A stretch of DNA of 64,000 nucleotides from Eledone cirrhosa. Lineage: Eukaryota. The DNA is taken from positions 291,896,001-291,960,000 of the forward strand of contig OZ024742.1 of NCBI GenBank assembly GCA_964016885.1. The letters run 5' to 3'. The translations under genes and the position numbers were made by a program. Positions 29,581 to 43,279 of the stretch are shown in pieces (positions within the stretch are counted from its first letter, which is position 1; the number at the start of each line of letters is the position of its first letter). Below the pieces are notes generated by a model. That model had not been told where the DNA came from, did no database searches, and saw only the letters and a program-made list of their open reading frames with translations.

Positions 29581-32440
29581 TCATCATCATCATCATCATC
29601 ACCGTTTAACGTCCGTGTTCCACGCTTGCATGGGTTTGGACGGGGGTTTTCCCACTTGAGGCAAGAGTGATTGTCTTGCTCGCATAGGACTGTCTGGCAG
29701 GTTTTCTACAGTTGGATGCCCTTCCTAACGCCAACCACATTTACAGTGTGGGTCTGGGAGGTTTTTACCGTGTTGCCTACACGGCCACATTACAGCGTGG
29801 ACTGTGTGTTTTTTGTCGTGACACCTACACGATCTCATTTGTTTCGGCCTGGATGGTGTGGCACCAACATAACTTTACATAGAAGGGGGGCGGTGTGGAT
29901 GGGGTGGGGGTGGTGGGACGGGGGTGTATTTTGTTAGAGATGTCTACTGACTGTAGTAGGTTTTACTATGTAGTAGGTTTTACTGAGTACCGCCAAAGGT
30001 CTCGGTCCAGTGACATTGTCTTGGTGAGGTGTAAGTGTGTGAGGTCGGAGTTTATCAGCTCGTCCCAAGTTTTTCTGGGTCTGCCTATTCCGTGGCTACC
30101 GTCTATCTTTATTGCCCTGCACTTTGTTATACAGCTATCGTCCTTCATGTGCATCACGTGACCATACCAGCGTAGCCTTCTCTCGAGTAAACAACATCTG
30201 ATCCCTCTTATTTCTAATTTTTTCCTTAGTTCGTTTATGCTTTGTCCTTCACGTATATTACTATTACACATCCAGCGGAGCATGCAAGCTTCGTTTCTCT
30301 CTAGTCTGCGTATATCCTCTGCACACAATGCCCAGGTCTCACTGCCATGCAACATTGCTGTTCGTATGCAGGCATCGTACAACCTGCCTTTCATTTTTAG
30401 GGAGAACCCTTTAGCGGCTAATAGTGGTATAAGCTCTCTGAACTTTTTCCATCCAGTTCTGACTCTAGCTACTGTACTTTCAGAGCACCCTCCCCCACTG
30501 CTGATTTTGTCACCCAGGTAACGGAAGCTGTCCACTATTTCTATAGAACCCTCTGCGCAGTTGAAAGAGCTAGTATTTTGTGGGCACTTGCTGCTACTTA
30601 TTGCCCCAGAACACCGGCCACATGTAAAATCTATGTTCTTAGTTAGCTTACCTGTGATCCCACTACATCTTTTATGAACCCAAACTTTGCATTTGGGACA
30701 CAAAATGGAATTTCTACCTACGCCTTTCCTACACTCTGCGCATGGCCACTTCCCGGAGGGGACCGCCGCCTTATTTTCTTTCTTACAAACTAGAACTTTA
30801 GTCTTAGCCAGGTTAATTTTAAGGCCTTTTGATTCTAGCCCGTGCTTCCATGTTTGGAATTTCTTCTCTAGCTCGGCCATTGATTCAGCTATGAGCGTTA
30901 GATCATCTGCCTATAGGAGTTCCCATGGGCAGCCGGTCTTGAACTCCACTGTTATAGCCTGGAGGGCAATATTAAATAGTAGGGGGCTAAGAACAGAGCC
31001 CTGATGAACACCAACTTTTACACTAAACTCTTCACTATATTCGTTGTTAATTCTAACCTTGCTGACTGTTTCTTTATACATGGCTTGTATAGCTCTCACA
31101 AGCCATTCATCAACACCTAGTTTTCTAAGAGCCCACCAAATAATGGAACGGGGAACTCTGTCGAAGGCCTTCTCCAAGTCGACGAAAGCTAAGTATAGGG
31201 GTTTACTTTTAGCTAGGTACTTCTCCTGTAGTTGTCGTACAATGAAAAGAGCGTCTGTGGTACTTTTTCCTGACACAAACCCGAACTGCATTTCATCTAG
31301 ATCAATTCGCTCTCTGATTAGTTGCGCCATTACTTTTTCCGTGACCTTCATGACCTGGTCGATTAATTTAATGCCTCTATAGTTACTCCTATCTAGGGCG
31401 TCTCCTTTACCCTTATAACAGTTAACGATAATGCTGCTACGCCAGTCCTTCGGAACAACCCCATTTTGTATGACTTGGTTGACTATCCGGGTGACCATGG
31501 TTTGTCCCACCGTACCAGATGCCTTCAGCATCTCGGCAACTATTTCCGAAGGCCCAGCCGCCTTGCCTGTCTTCATATCTTTGATTGCCTTACTTATTAT
31601 ACTACCCTCGATTAACACTGCTGGTCCCTCTATTGGGTCGATGTGGGGGAGACTGTCTTTCTCCCATTTATTCTCCTCATTGAGTAGCCTTTCATAGTGA
31701 CACTTCCAAGCTACCTTCTTATCGGCGTCGGTGATGGCAAGTACGCCATCATCGTTAAGTACACACTTCTCCCCGACAATATCACTGTTTTCTTTGACAC
31801 ATTGCCTAGCAATCCTGAACACCTCACGTTTTTGGTCCTCACGTTGTAGAACATGCTTGAACTTTCTTTCCTCTGCTTCCCTTCTTGCGAAGTACACTTG
31901 TCTCCTAGCTTCCCTCCTGGCCACTTGATAGTCTTCTCTGCTTCCGCAATCCCGCCATACTTTCCAAGCCTGCTTTTTGGCCTTAATTGACCCCTCCACC
32001 TTACTGTTCCACCACCATGTTACTCTCCTCCTGCTTACAGGCCTGCTCCAGCCACAGACTTCGTCTGTCGCCGTCAGCAGGTTTGCTTTCAGGAATTCCC
32101 ACTGTTCCTCTACCTTGTACGACTCTATTTGCTCTTCCTTACTGTCGAAAGCATCAAGTAATATGCTTTGGAATTTATTTTTGGCTGTGGGGTCCTTTAG
32201 CTTCCATATTTTTCTCCTGAGGGTAGTCCTCTTCTCTTGCCTAGTACGTCTCGTCCTGACTATTAGGTCGCTAATTATCAGTCTATGTTGGGAGGTGCAT
32301 TCTTCATGGGGGAGGGATTTAGTGTTTACAACAGTCACTTTGTCACGTCTTCTGGTAAGGATATAATCTACCTGGCTGGTATGTTCCCCTGAACTGTAGG
32401 TGATCAAGTGATTGTCTCGTTTTTTGAAGTTAGTGTTGCA
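29581..32440 (-). mobile_element. RTE LINE subfamily B, 5'-truncated in the APE domain, nonsense codon in YADD
   Basis: Frame from CNTNFKKRD to CPWELL-stop(30911-30913)-ADD, then ORF 29966-30880; 3'UTR and (GAT)n tail. Confidence 0.94.
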
Positions 32441-32515
32441 TATATATATATAAATAAATATATATAAATATATATAGTGTTGCATATATATATATATATA
32501 AATAAATATATATAA

Positions 32516-32665
<150 letters not shown>

Positions 32666-32704
32666 TATATATGTATATAAATATATATATATATATATAA
32701 ATAT

Positions 32705-34170
32705 TAGAAAACTAGGAGTGGATGAATGGCTTGTGAAAGCGGTACAAGCCATGTATAGGGGAGCAGTCAGCAAAGTTAGGATTGGCAATGAGTATAGCGA
32801 GGAATTTAGCGTACAGGTTGGGGTCCACCAGGGCTCTGTTCTTAGCCCTCTCCTGTTCATCATAGTCCTGCAGGCAATAACGGAGGAATTTAAGACCGGA
32901 TGCCCATGGGAACTCCTGTATGCTGATGACCTCGCACTCATAGCTGAATCTATGGTAGAACTAGAGAATAAATTCCAAACCTGGAAGCAGGGACTAGAGA
33001 GAAAGGGCCTCAAAGTCAACATGACAAAGACTAAGGTCCTTATAAGTAGACGAGAAAACAGAACCCAGATCCCCTCAGGGAAATGGCCTTGCTCAGTAGG
33101 TAGGAACTCCATTCTCTGCCCCAAATGCAAACAATGGGTACACAAGAGATGTAGCGGGATCTCAGGAAGCTTAATTAAGAATGTAGGATTCACATGCAGC
33201 AGCTGTGCTGAAACAGCAAGCAAACAGCCACAGGAAACAAGTACCACCAAACTCTGGGAGGGCCCTGTAGAAACAGTAGACAGCTTCTGCTACCTAGGTG
33301 ACCGAATTAGCAACGGAGGTGGGTGCTCAGAAAGTACAATAACTACGGTAAGAACGGGATGGAAGAAGTTTAGGGAACTACTACCACTGCTAGCTGCAAA
33401 AGGCTTCTCCCTCAGAATGAAAGGCAGACTGTATGATGCGTGTATCCGAACAGCGATGTTGCATGGTAGTGAGACCTGGGCGCTGAAGGTGGAAGACTTA
33501 CGTAGATTAGAGAGAAACGAAGCCTGCATGCTCCGATGGATGTGTAACAGTAATATACGTGAACGACAAAGCATAAAGGAATTGAGAGAGAGACTGAGCA
33601 TAAGAGGAATCAAATGCTGCGTGCAGGAGAGGCGGTTACGCTGGTATGGACATGTGATGCGTATGAAGGATGACAGCTGCATAAAAAGGTGCAGAGCACT
33701 AGAAGTTGATGGAAACCGCGGAGTGGGGAGACCCAAGATGACTTGGGATGAGGTGATAAAAGCCGACCTTACCCAACTACACCTCTCAAAGTCAATGACA
33801 CACGACCGTGACTTCTGGCGTCACGCAGTAATACAGGGTACCCGACCTCCCATGGGTACATGCTGAAGCATATAAACAATATGCTCACCCCCCTCCCCCA
33901 CCGCAAGGTGGTCGTGGAGGTGCCACGGCAAAAAAGCACCCAGCCCACACTGTAAAGTGGACGTGTAGGCGCCACGAAAAAGCACCCAGCACTCACTGTA
34001 AATGAGGTTGGTGTTAGGAAGGGCATCCAGCTGTAGAAATCAAGCCAGATCAGTTCCTGTATGAGCAAGGCATGGTCAGCCGACCAGACACTGCCCACAA
34101 CAGGACAACCCGTCTAACCCATGCTAGCGTGGAAGAACGGACGTAAAACGGTGATGATGATGATGATGAT
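32705..34170 (+). mobile_element. RTE LINE subfamily A, 5'-truncated
   Basis: ORF 32718-33866 with YADD; in-frame loss of 4 codons (CRKG) in the Cys-rich domain; 3'UTR and (GAT)n tail. Confidence 0.93.
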
Positions 34171-34223
34171 ATATAAATATATATATATATATAAATATAT
34201 ATATATAAAATATATATATATAA

Positions 34224-34256
<33 letters not shown>

Positions 34257-34258
34257 AA

Positions 34259-34290
<32 letters not shown>

Positions 34291-34328
34291 TATATATATA
34301 TATAAATAAATATATATATATATAAATA

Positions 34329-34364
<36 letters not shown>

Positions 34365-34554
34365 AATAAATATATATATATATATAAATAAATATATATA
34401 TATATATAAATAAATATATATATATAAATAAATATATATATATATATAAATAAATATATATATATATAAATATATATATATATAAATATATATATATAAA
34501 TATATATATATTTATATATATATATAAAGAAGACATGAACTCACTTACTATGTT

Positions 34555-34754
34555 NNNNNNNNNNNNNNNNNNNNNNNNNNNNNNNNNNNNNNNNNNNNNN
34601 NNNNNNNNNNNNNNNNNNNNNNNNNNNNNNNNNNNNNNNNNNNNNNNNNNNNNNNNNNNNNNNNNNNNNNNNNNNNNNNNNNNNNNNNNNNNNNNNNNNN
34701 NNNNNNNNNNNNNNNNNNNNNNNNNNNNNNNNNNNNNNNNNNNNNNNNNNNNNN
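34555..34754. other. Assembly gap (200 N)
   Basis: Run of N. Confidence 1.
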
Positions 34755-36642
34755 ATTTCAGAGCATTTATTCCAATTTCTAATTTCTGCCGGACCGGCAA
34801 CCGCTCTTTCAAACCAGTTCCTGTACACAGCTAAGTATTCTATAAGTCTCTAGCTGTGTCATTCTCGATGAAAGCACTGGATATGTAGTCCTGACGATTT
34901 CTAATAAGAATGAAACGCGTAGATTTACTTCCCTTGCTTTTATCGAGAATCTAATTGTAATACGTGACGTATTCTATTCTATAGCGATTAGGTCTTCAAA
35001 ATGTTTATTATAAACATACAGAATATTTTCGAATATTCTATGTCTATATTCACATATATATCGCTATTTCAGAGCATTTATTCCAATTTCTAATTTCTGC
35101 CGGACCGGCAACCGCTCTTTCAAACCAGTTCCTGTACACAGCTAAGTATTCTATAAGTCTCTAGCTGTGTCATTCTCGATGAAAGCACTGGATATGTAGT
35201 CCTGACGATTTCTAATAAGAATGAAACGCGTAGATTTACTTCCCTTGCTTTTATCGAGAATCTAATTGTAATACGTGACGTATTCTATTCTATAGCGATT
35301 AGGTCTTCAAAATGTTTATTATAAACATACAGAATATTTTCGAATATTCTATGTCTATATTCACATATATATCGCTATTTCAGAGCATTTATTCCAATTT
35401 CTAATTTCTGCCGGACCGGCAACCGCTCTTTCAAACCAGTTCCTGTACACAGCTAAGTATTCTATAAGTCTCTAGCTGTGTCATTCTCGATGAAAGCACT
35501 GGATATGTAGTCCTGACGATTTCTAATAAGAATGAAACGCGTAGATTTACTTCCCTTGCTTTTATCGAGAATCTAATTGTAATACGTGACGTATTCTATT
35601 CTATAGCGATTAGGTCTTCAAAATGTTTATTATAAACATACAGAATATTTTCGAATATTCTATGTCTATATTCACATATATATCGCTATTTCAGAGCATT
35701 TATTCCAATTTCTAATTTCTGCCGGACCGGCAACCGCTCTTTCAAACCAGTTCCTGTACACAGCTAAGTATTCTATAAGTCTCTAGCTGTGTCATTCTCG
35801 ATGAAAGCACTGGATATGTAGTCCTGACGATTTCTAATAAGAATGAAACGCGTAGATTTACTTCCCTTGCTTTTATCGAGAATCTAATTGTAATACGTGA
35901 CGTATTCTATTCTATAGCGATTAGGTCTTCAAAATGTTTATTATAAACATACAGAATATTTTCGAATATTCTATGTCTATATTCACATATATATCGCTAT
36001 TTCAGAGCATTTATTCCAATTTCTAATTTCTGCCGGACCGGCAACCGCTCTTTCAAACCAGTTCCTGTACACAGCTAAGTATTCTATAAGTCTCTAGCTG
36101 TGTCATTCTCGATGAAAGCACTGGATATGTAGTCCTGACGATTTCTAATAAGAATGAAACGCGTAGATTTACTTCCCTTGCTTTTATCGAGAATCTAATT
36201 GTAATACGTGACGTATTCTATTCTATAGCGATTAGGTCTTCAAAATGTTTATTATAAACATACAGAATATTTTCGAATATTCTATGTCTATATTCACATA
36301 TATATCGCTATTTCAGAGCATTTATTCCAATTTCTAATTTCTGCCGGACCGGCAACCGCTCTTTCAAACCAGTTCCTGTACACAGCTAAGTATTCTATAA
36401 GTCTCTAGCTGTGTCATTCTCGATGAAAGCACTGGATATGTAGTCCTGACGATTTCTAATAAGAATGAAACGCGTAGATTTACTTCCCTTGCTTTTATCG
36501 AGAATCTAATTGTAATACGTGACGTATTCTATTCTATAGCGATTAGGTCTTCAAAATGTTTATTATAAACATACAGAATATTTTCGAATATTCTATGTCT
36601 ATATTCACATATATATCGCTATTTCAGAGCATTTATTCCAAT
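34755..36642 (+). repeat. 311-bp tandem array (6 full units + partial), retrozyme-like
   Basis: Unit starts ATTTCAGAGCATTTATTCC at 34755, 35066, 35377, 35688, 35999, 36310 and 36621; no differences between units seen by eye; one hammerhead per unit. Confidence 0.95.
34885..34928 (+). ncRNA. Minimal type-I hammerhead ribozyme (first of six, repeating every 311 bp)
   Basis: GTAGTC-CTGACGA-T-TTCT(AATA)AGAA-T-GAAA-CGCG-T-A-GATTTAC; palindrome ACGCGT; predicted GUA cleavage after 34921; enclosed by 15-bp helix 34862-34876/34935-34949. Confidence 0.8.
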
Positions 36643-36655
36643 ATATATATATATT

Positions 36656-36810
<155 letters not shown>

Positions 36811-36823
36811 AAATATATATATT

Positions 36824-36900
<77 letters not shown>

Positions 36901-36913
36901 AAATATATATATT

Positions 36914-36948
<35 letters not shown>

Positions 36949-36997
36949 AAATATATATATATATATTTATATATAAATATATATATATATATATATA

Positions 36998-37028
<31 letters not shown>

Positions 37029-37069
37029 TTATATATATATATATATTTATATATAAATATATATATATT

Positions 37070-37142
<73 letters not shown>

Positions 37143-37183
37143 TTATATATAAATATATATATTTATATATAAATATATATATT

Positions 37184-37229
<46 letters not shown>

Positions 37230-37321
37230 AATATATATATTTATATATATATATATTTATATATATATTTATATATATATATTTATATATAAATATATAA
37301 ATTTATATATAAATATATATT

Positions 37322-37369
<48 letters not shown>

Positions 37370-37380
37370 TATTTATATTT

Positions 37381-37496
<116 letters not shown>

Positions 37497-37523
37497 ATAT
37501 ATTTATATATAAATATATATATT

Positions 37524-37558
<35 letters not shown>

Positions 37559-37741
37559 ATTTATATATATATATATTTATATATATATATTTATATATAT
37601 ATATTTATATATATATATATTTATATATATATAAATATATATATATATATTTATATATATATTTATATATATATAAATATATATATATATATTTATATAT
37701 ATATTTATATATATATATTTATATATATATATTTATATATT

Positions 37742-37775
<34 letters not shown>

Positions 37776-37825
37776 AATATATATATTTATATATATATAT
37801 ATATTTATATATAAATATATATATT

Positions 37826-37915
<90 letters not shown>

Positions 37916-37961
37916 AATATATATATTTATATATATATATATATATATATATAAATATATA

Positions 37962-38001
<40 letters not shown>

Positions 38002-38058
38002 AATATATATATTTATATATATATATTTATATATATATTTATATATAAATAAATATAT

Positions 38059-38091
<33 letters not shown>

Positions 38092-38297
38092 AATATATAT
38101 ATTTATATATATATATAAATATATATACATAAATATATATATATATATATAAATATATATATTTATATATATATATAAATATATATATATAAATATATAT
38201 ATTTATATATATATATAAATATATATACATAAATATAAATATATATATTTATATATAAATATATATTTATATATAAATATATATATATATATATATA

Positions 38298-41200
38298 AAT
38301 GTAGGCACCCTAAAGGGTCGCGCTAACGAGGTTGTAGAAATGCTTGAACGTAAGGAGGTCGATGTTTGTTGTATTCAAGAGACCAGGTGGAGGGGTGGGT
38401 CTGCTAGGTTCATTGAGGGTAAAAAACGTTGTTATAAGCTTTTCTGGGTGGGAAACGACGATGGGCTGGGTGGAGTAGGAATCATGGTAGCAGAAAAGTG
38501 GGCAGATAAGATAATAGACGTAAATAGAGTGAACGACAGAATAATTAAAATACGACTTGTCCTCAATAGAACTACGGTGACAGTAATATCTGCGTACGCA
38601 CCCCAATCCGGACTGCCCGGCACTATAAAAGACAGATTCTATGAGACACTGATGCTAACTACCTCCCAAATATCCGACAGTGACTATATAATTATCGCAG
38701 GCGACCTAAATGGTCACGTTGGACAACATTGTGACGGCTACGACGAAATCCATGGAGGCTATGGGTTTGGTACTAGAAATGAGGAAGGCTCCAGAATCCT
38801 GGAATTCTGTGATGCAAATAACCTAACTATCTGTAACACTAACTTCAAAAAACGTGACAATCACCTGATCACCTATAGATCCGGGGAACACACAAGCCAG
38901 GTAGATTATATCCTTACCAGAAGACGTGACAGAGTGTCTGTTGTTAACACTAAATCCCTCCCCCATGAAGAATGCACCTCCCAACATAGACTGATAATTA
39001 GCGACCTCATAGTCAGGACGAGACGTACTCGACAACAGAAGAGGACTATCCTCAGGAGGAAAATATGGAAGCTAAAGGACCCCACAGCCAGGAATAAATT
39101 TCAAAGCATATTACTTGATGCTTTCGACAGTAAGGAAGAACATTTAGAGTCGGACAATATAGAGGGAGAGTGGGAATTTCTGAAAGCAAACCTGCTGTTG
39201 GCGACAGACGAGGTCTGTGGCTGGAGCAGGCCTGTAGGCAGGAGGAGAGTAACATGGTGGTGGAACAGTAAGGTGGAGGGGTCAATTAAGGCCAAAAAGC
39301 AGGCTTGGAAAGTATGGCGGGATGGGGGAAGTAGAGAGGACTATCAAGTGGCCAGGAGGGAAGCTAGGAGACAAGTGTACTTAGCAAGAAGGGAAGCTGA
39401 GGAAAGAAAGTTCAAGCATGTTCTACAACGCGATGACCAAAAACGTGAGGTGTTCAGGATTGCTAGGCAATGCGTCAAGGAAAACCGTGATATTGTCGGG
39501 GAGAAGTGTGTACTAAACGACGATGGCACACTTGCCATCACCGACGCTGATAAGAAGGTAGCTTGGAAGTGTCACTATGAAAGGCTTCTAAATGAGGAGA
39601 ATAATTGGGAGAAAGGCAGTCTCCCCCATATCGACCCAATAGAGGGACCAGCAGTGTTAGTCGAGGGGAGTATAATAAGTAAGGCAATCAAGGATATGAA
39701 GACTGGTAAGGCGGCTGGGCCTTCGGAAATAGTTGCTGAGATGCTGAAGGCATCTGGCACGGTGGGACACACCATGGTCACCCGCATAGTTAACCAAGTC
39801 GTACAGAATGGGGTTGTTCCGAAGGACTGGCATAGCAGCATCATCGTTAACTGTTATAAGGGTAAAGGAGACGCCCTAGATAGGAGTAACTATAGAGGCA
39901 TTAAATTAATCGACCAGGTCATGAAGGTCACGGAAAGAGTAATAGCGCAACTAATCAGAGAGAGAATTGACCTAGATGAAATGCAGTTCGGGTTTGTGTC
40001 AGGCAAAAGTACCACAGACGCTCTTTTCATAGTACGACAACTACAAGAGAAGTACCTAGCTAAAGGTAAACCCCTCTACTTAGCTTTTGTCGACTTGGAG
40101 AAAGCCTTCGACAGAGTCCCCCGCTCCATTATCTGGTGGGCTCTTAGAAAACTAGGCGTTGACGAATGGCTTGTGAGGGCTATACAAGCCATGTATAAAG
40201 AAACAGTCAGCAAGGTTAAAATTAACAACGAATATAGTGAAGAGTTTAGCGTAAAAGTCGGCGTCCATCAGGGCTCTGTTCTCAGTCCACTACTATTTAT
40301 TATTGCCCTTCAGGCCATAACAGAGGAGTTCAAGACAGGCTGCCCATGGGAACTCCTATACGCAGACGACCTGACACTCATAGCGGAATCAATGGCCGAG
40401 CTAGAGAAGAAATTCCAAACATGGAAGCACGGCCTAGAGTCAAAAGGACTTAAAATTAACCTGGCTAAGACCAAAGTACTAGTTTGTAGGAAAGAAAACA
40501 AGGCGGCGGTCCCTTCTGGGAAATGGTCGTGCTCGGTGTGTAGGAAAGGCGTAGGTAGAAACTCCATTTTATGTCCTAAATGCAAAGTATGGGTGCATAA
40601 AAGATGTAGTGGGATCACAGGTAGGCTAACTAAGAACATAGATTTTACATGTGGCCGGTGCTCTGGTGCAATAAGTAGCAGCAAGTGCCCACAAACTACT
40701 AGCTCTTTCAATTGCGCAGAGGGTTCTATAGAAATAGTGGACAGCTTCCGTTACCTGGGCGATAAAATCAGCAGTGGGGGAGGGTGCTCTGAAAGTACTG
40801 TAGCTAGAGTCAGAACTGGTTGGAAAAAGTTCAGAGAGCTTATACCACTATTAGCTGCTAAAGGGTTCTCACTAAAAATGAAAGGCAGGTTGTACGATGC
40901 CTGCATACGAACAGCAATGCTGCATGGCAGTGAGACCTGGGCATTGTGTGCAGAGGATATACGCAGACTAGAGAGGAACGAAGCTTGCATGCTCCGCTGG
41001 ATGTGTAACAGTAATATACGTGAACGGCAAAGCATAAACGAACTAAGGAATAAATTAGAGATAAGAGGGATCAGATGTTGTTTACTCGAGAGAAGGCTAC
41101 GTTGGTATGGACACGTGATGCGCATGAAAGTCGATAGCTGTATAACAAAGTGCAGGGCAATAAAGATAGACGGTAGTCACGGAATAGGCAGACCTAGAAA

Positions 41201-41702
41201 AACCTGGGACGAGCTGATAAACTCCGACATCACACACTTACACCTCTCCAAGACAATGTCACTGGACCGAGACCTTTGGCGGTACTCAGTAACAGAGAAG
41301 ACCCGCCTTACCTAAATATATAGTAAAACCTACTCCAGCCAGTAGGCATCTCTAACAAAATACACCCCGTCCCACCACCCCCACCCGATCCACACAACCC
41401 CGTTCTATGTAAAGTTATGTTGGTGCCGCGCCATCGAGGCCGAAACAAATGAGATCGTGTAGGTGTCACGACAAAAAAACACACAGTCCACGCTGTAATG
41501 TGGCCGTGTAGGCAACACGGTAAAAACCTCCCAGACCCACACTGTAAATGTGGTTGGTGTTAGGAAGGGCATCCAACTGTAGAAAACCTGCCAGACAGTC
41601 CTATGCGAGCAAGACAATCACTCTTGCCTCAAGTGGGACTACCCCCGTCCAAACCCATGCAAGCGTGGAACACGGACGTTAAACGTTGATGATGATGATG
41701 AT
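38298..41702 (+). mobile_element. Near-full-length RTE LINE subfamily B
   Basis: Starts at NVGTL (APE motif I) directly after the TA tract; single uninterrupted frame; 3'UTR; (GAT)n tail; TA on both sides. Confidence 0.96.
38340..41315 (+). CDS. RTE ORF: apurinic-like endonuclease + reverse transcriptase + PHD-like zinc finger
   Basis: 991 aa; APE motifs IQETRW, SAYAP, GDLNGHVG, VDYIL, SQHR; RT motifs [33 protein letters not shown]; C4HC3 cluster. The true N-terminus is probably clipped. Confidence 0.93.
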   Translation: MLERKEVDVCCIQETRWRGGSARFIEGKKRCYKLFWVGNDDGLGGVGIMVAEKWADKIIDVNRVNDRIIKIRLVLNRTTVTVISAYAPQSGLPGTIKDRFYETLMLTTSQISDSDYIIIAGDLNGHVGQHCDGYDEIHGGYGFGTRNEEGSRILEFCDANNLTICNTNFKKRDNHLITYRSGEHTSQVDYILTRRRDRVSVVNTKSLPHEECTSQHRLIISDLIVRTRRTRQQKRTILRRKIWKLKDPTARNKFQSILLDAFDSKEEHLESDNIEGEWEFLKANLLLATDEVCGWSRPVGRRRVTWWWNSKVEGSIKAKKQAWKVWRDGGSREDYQVARREARRQVYLARREAEERKFKHVLQRDDQKREVFRIARQCVKENRDIVGEKCVLNDDGTLAITDADKKVAWKCHYERLLNEENNWEKGSLPHIDPIEGPAVLVEGSIISKAIKDMKTGKAAGPSEIVAEMLKASGTVGHTMVTRIVNQVVQNGVVPKDWHSSIIVNCYKGKGDALDRSNYRGIKLIDQVMKVTERVIAQLIRERIDLDEMQFGFVSGKSTTDALFIVRQLQEKYLAKGKPLYLAFVDLEKAFDRVPRSIIWWALRKLGVDEWLVRAIQAMYKETVSKVKINNEYSEEFSVKVGVHQGSVLSPLLFIIALQAITEEFKTGCPWELLYADDLTLIAESMAELEKKFQTWKHGLESKGLKINLAKTKVLVCRKENKAAVPSGKWSCSVCRKGVGRNSILCPKCKVWVHKRCSGITGRLTKNIDFTCGRCSGAISSSKCPQTTSSFNCAEGSIEIVDSFRYLGDKISSGGGCSESTVARVRTGWKKFRELIPLLAAKGFSLKMKGRLYDACIRTAMLHGSETWALCAEDIRRLERNEACMLRWMCNSNIRERQSINELRNKLEIRGIRCCLLERRLRWYGHVMRMKVDSCITKCRAIKIDGSHGIGRPRKTWDELINSDITHLHLSKTMSLDRDLWRYSVTEKTRLT

Positions 41703-41794
41703 AAATATATATATTTATATATAAATATATATATATATATATATAAATAGATATATATATATATATAAATAGATATATTTATATATAAATATAT

Positions 41795-41827
<33 letters not shown>

Positions 41828-41845
41828 AATATAAATATATATATT

Positions 41846-41876
<31 letters not shown>

Positions 41877-41880
41877 AAAT

Positions 41881-41933
<53 letters not shown>

Positions 41934-42225
41934 AATATATATATATATTTATATATAAATATATATACATAAATATAAATATATATATTTATATATAAAT
42001 ATATATTTATATATAAATAGATATATATATATATATTTATATATATATATATATTTATATATAAATATATATATTTATATATATATATATTTATATATAT
42101 TTATATATATATATAAATATATATATTTATATATATATATATATATATTTATATATAAATATATATTTATATATAAATATATATATTTATATTTATGTAT
42201 ATATATTTATATATATATTTATATT

Positions 42226-42256
<31 letters not shown>

Positions 42257-42321
42257 ATATATTTATATATTTATATATATATATAAATATAAATATATAT
42301 ATAAATATATATATTTATATT

Positions 42322-42450
<129 letters not shown>

Positions 42451-42586
42451 ATAAATATATATATTTATATATATATATATTTATATATATATTTATATAT
42501 ATATATATTTATATATAAATATATATATTTATATATATATATATAAATATATATATTTATATATATATGTATATATATATATTTAT

Positions 42587-42657
<71 letters not shown>

Positions 42658-42723
42658 AATATATATATTTATATATATATATATAAATATATATATTTAT
42701 ATATATATGTATATATATATATT

Positions 42724-42791
<68 letters not shown>

Positions 42792-42795
42792 TATA

Positions 42796-42851
<56 letters not shown>

Positions 42852-42863
42852 AATATATATATT

Positions 42864-42922
<59 letters not shown>

Positions 42923-42946
42923 ATAAATATATATATTTATATCTAT

Positions 42947-42981
<35 letters not shown>

Positions 42982-43035
42982 AATTATATATATAAATTAT
43001 ATATATAAATATATATATATATAAATATATATATT

Positions 43036-43066
<31 letters not shown>

Positions 43067-43105
43067 AAATATATATATTTATATATATATATATATAAAT
43101 ATATA

Positions 43106-43143
<38 letters not shown>

Positions 43144-43218
43144 TATATATTTATATATATATATATATAAATATATATATTTATATATATATATATATAA
43201 ATATATATATTTATATAT

Positions 43219-43279
<61 letters not shown>

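Noticed and set aside
34114-34834. ORFs spanning the N run
   Set aside because: Artefacts of the assembly gap.
34755-36642. 311-bp array as a CRISPR array or coding repeat
   Set aside because: Units are identical with no unique spacers, the context is eukaryotic and there are no cas genes; no long ORF.
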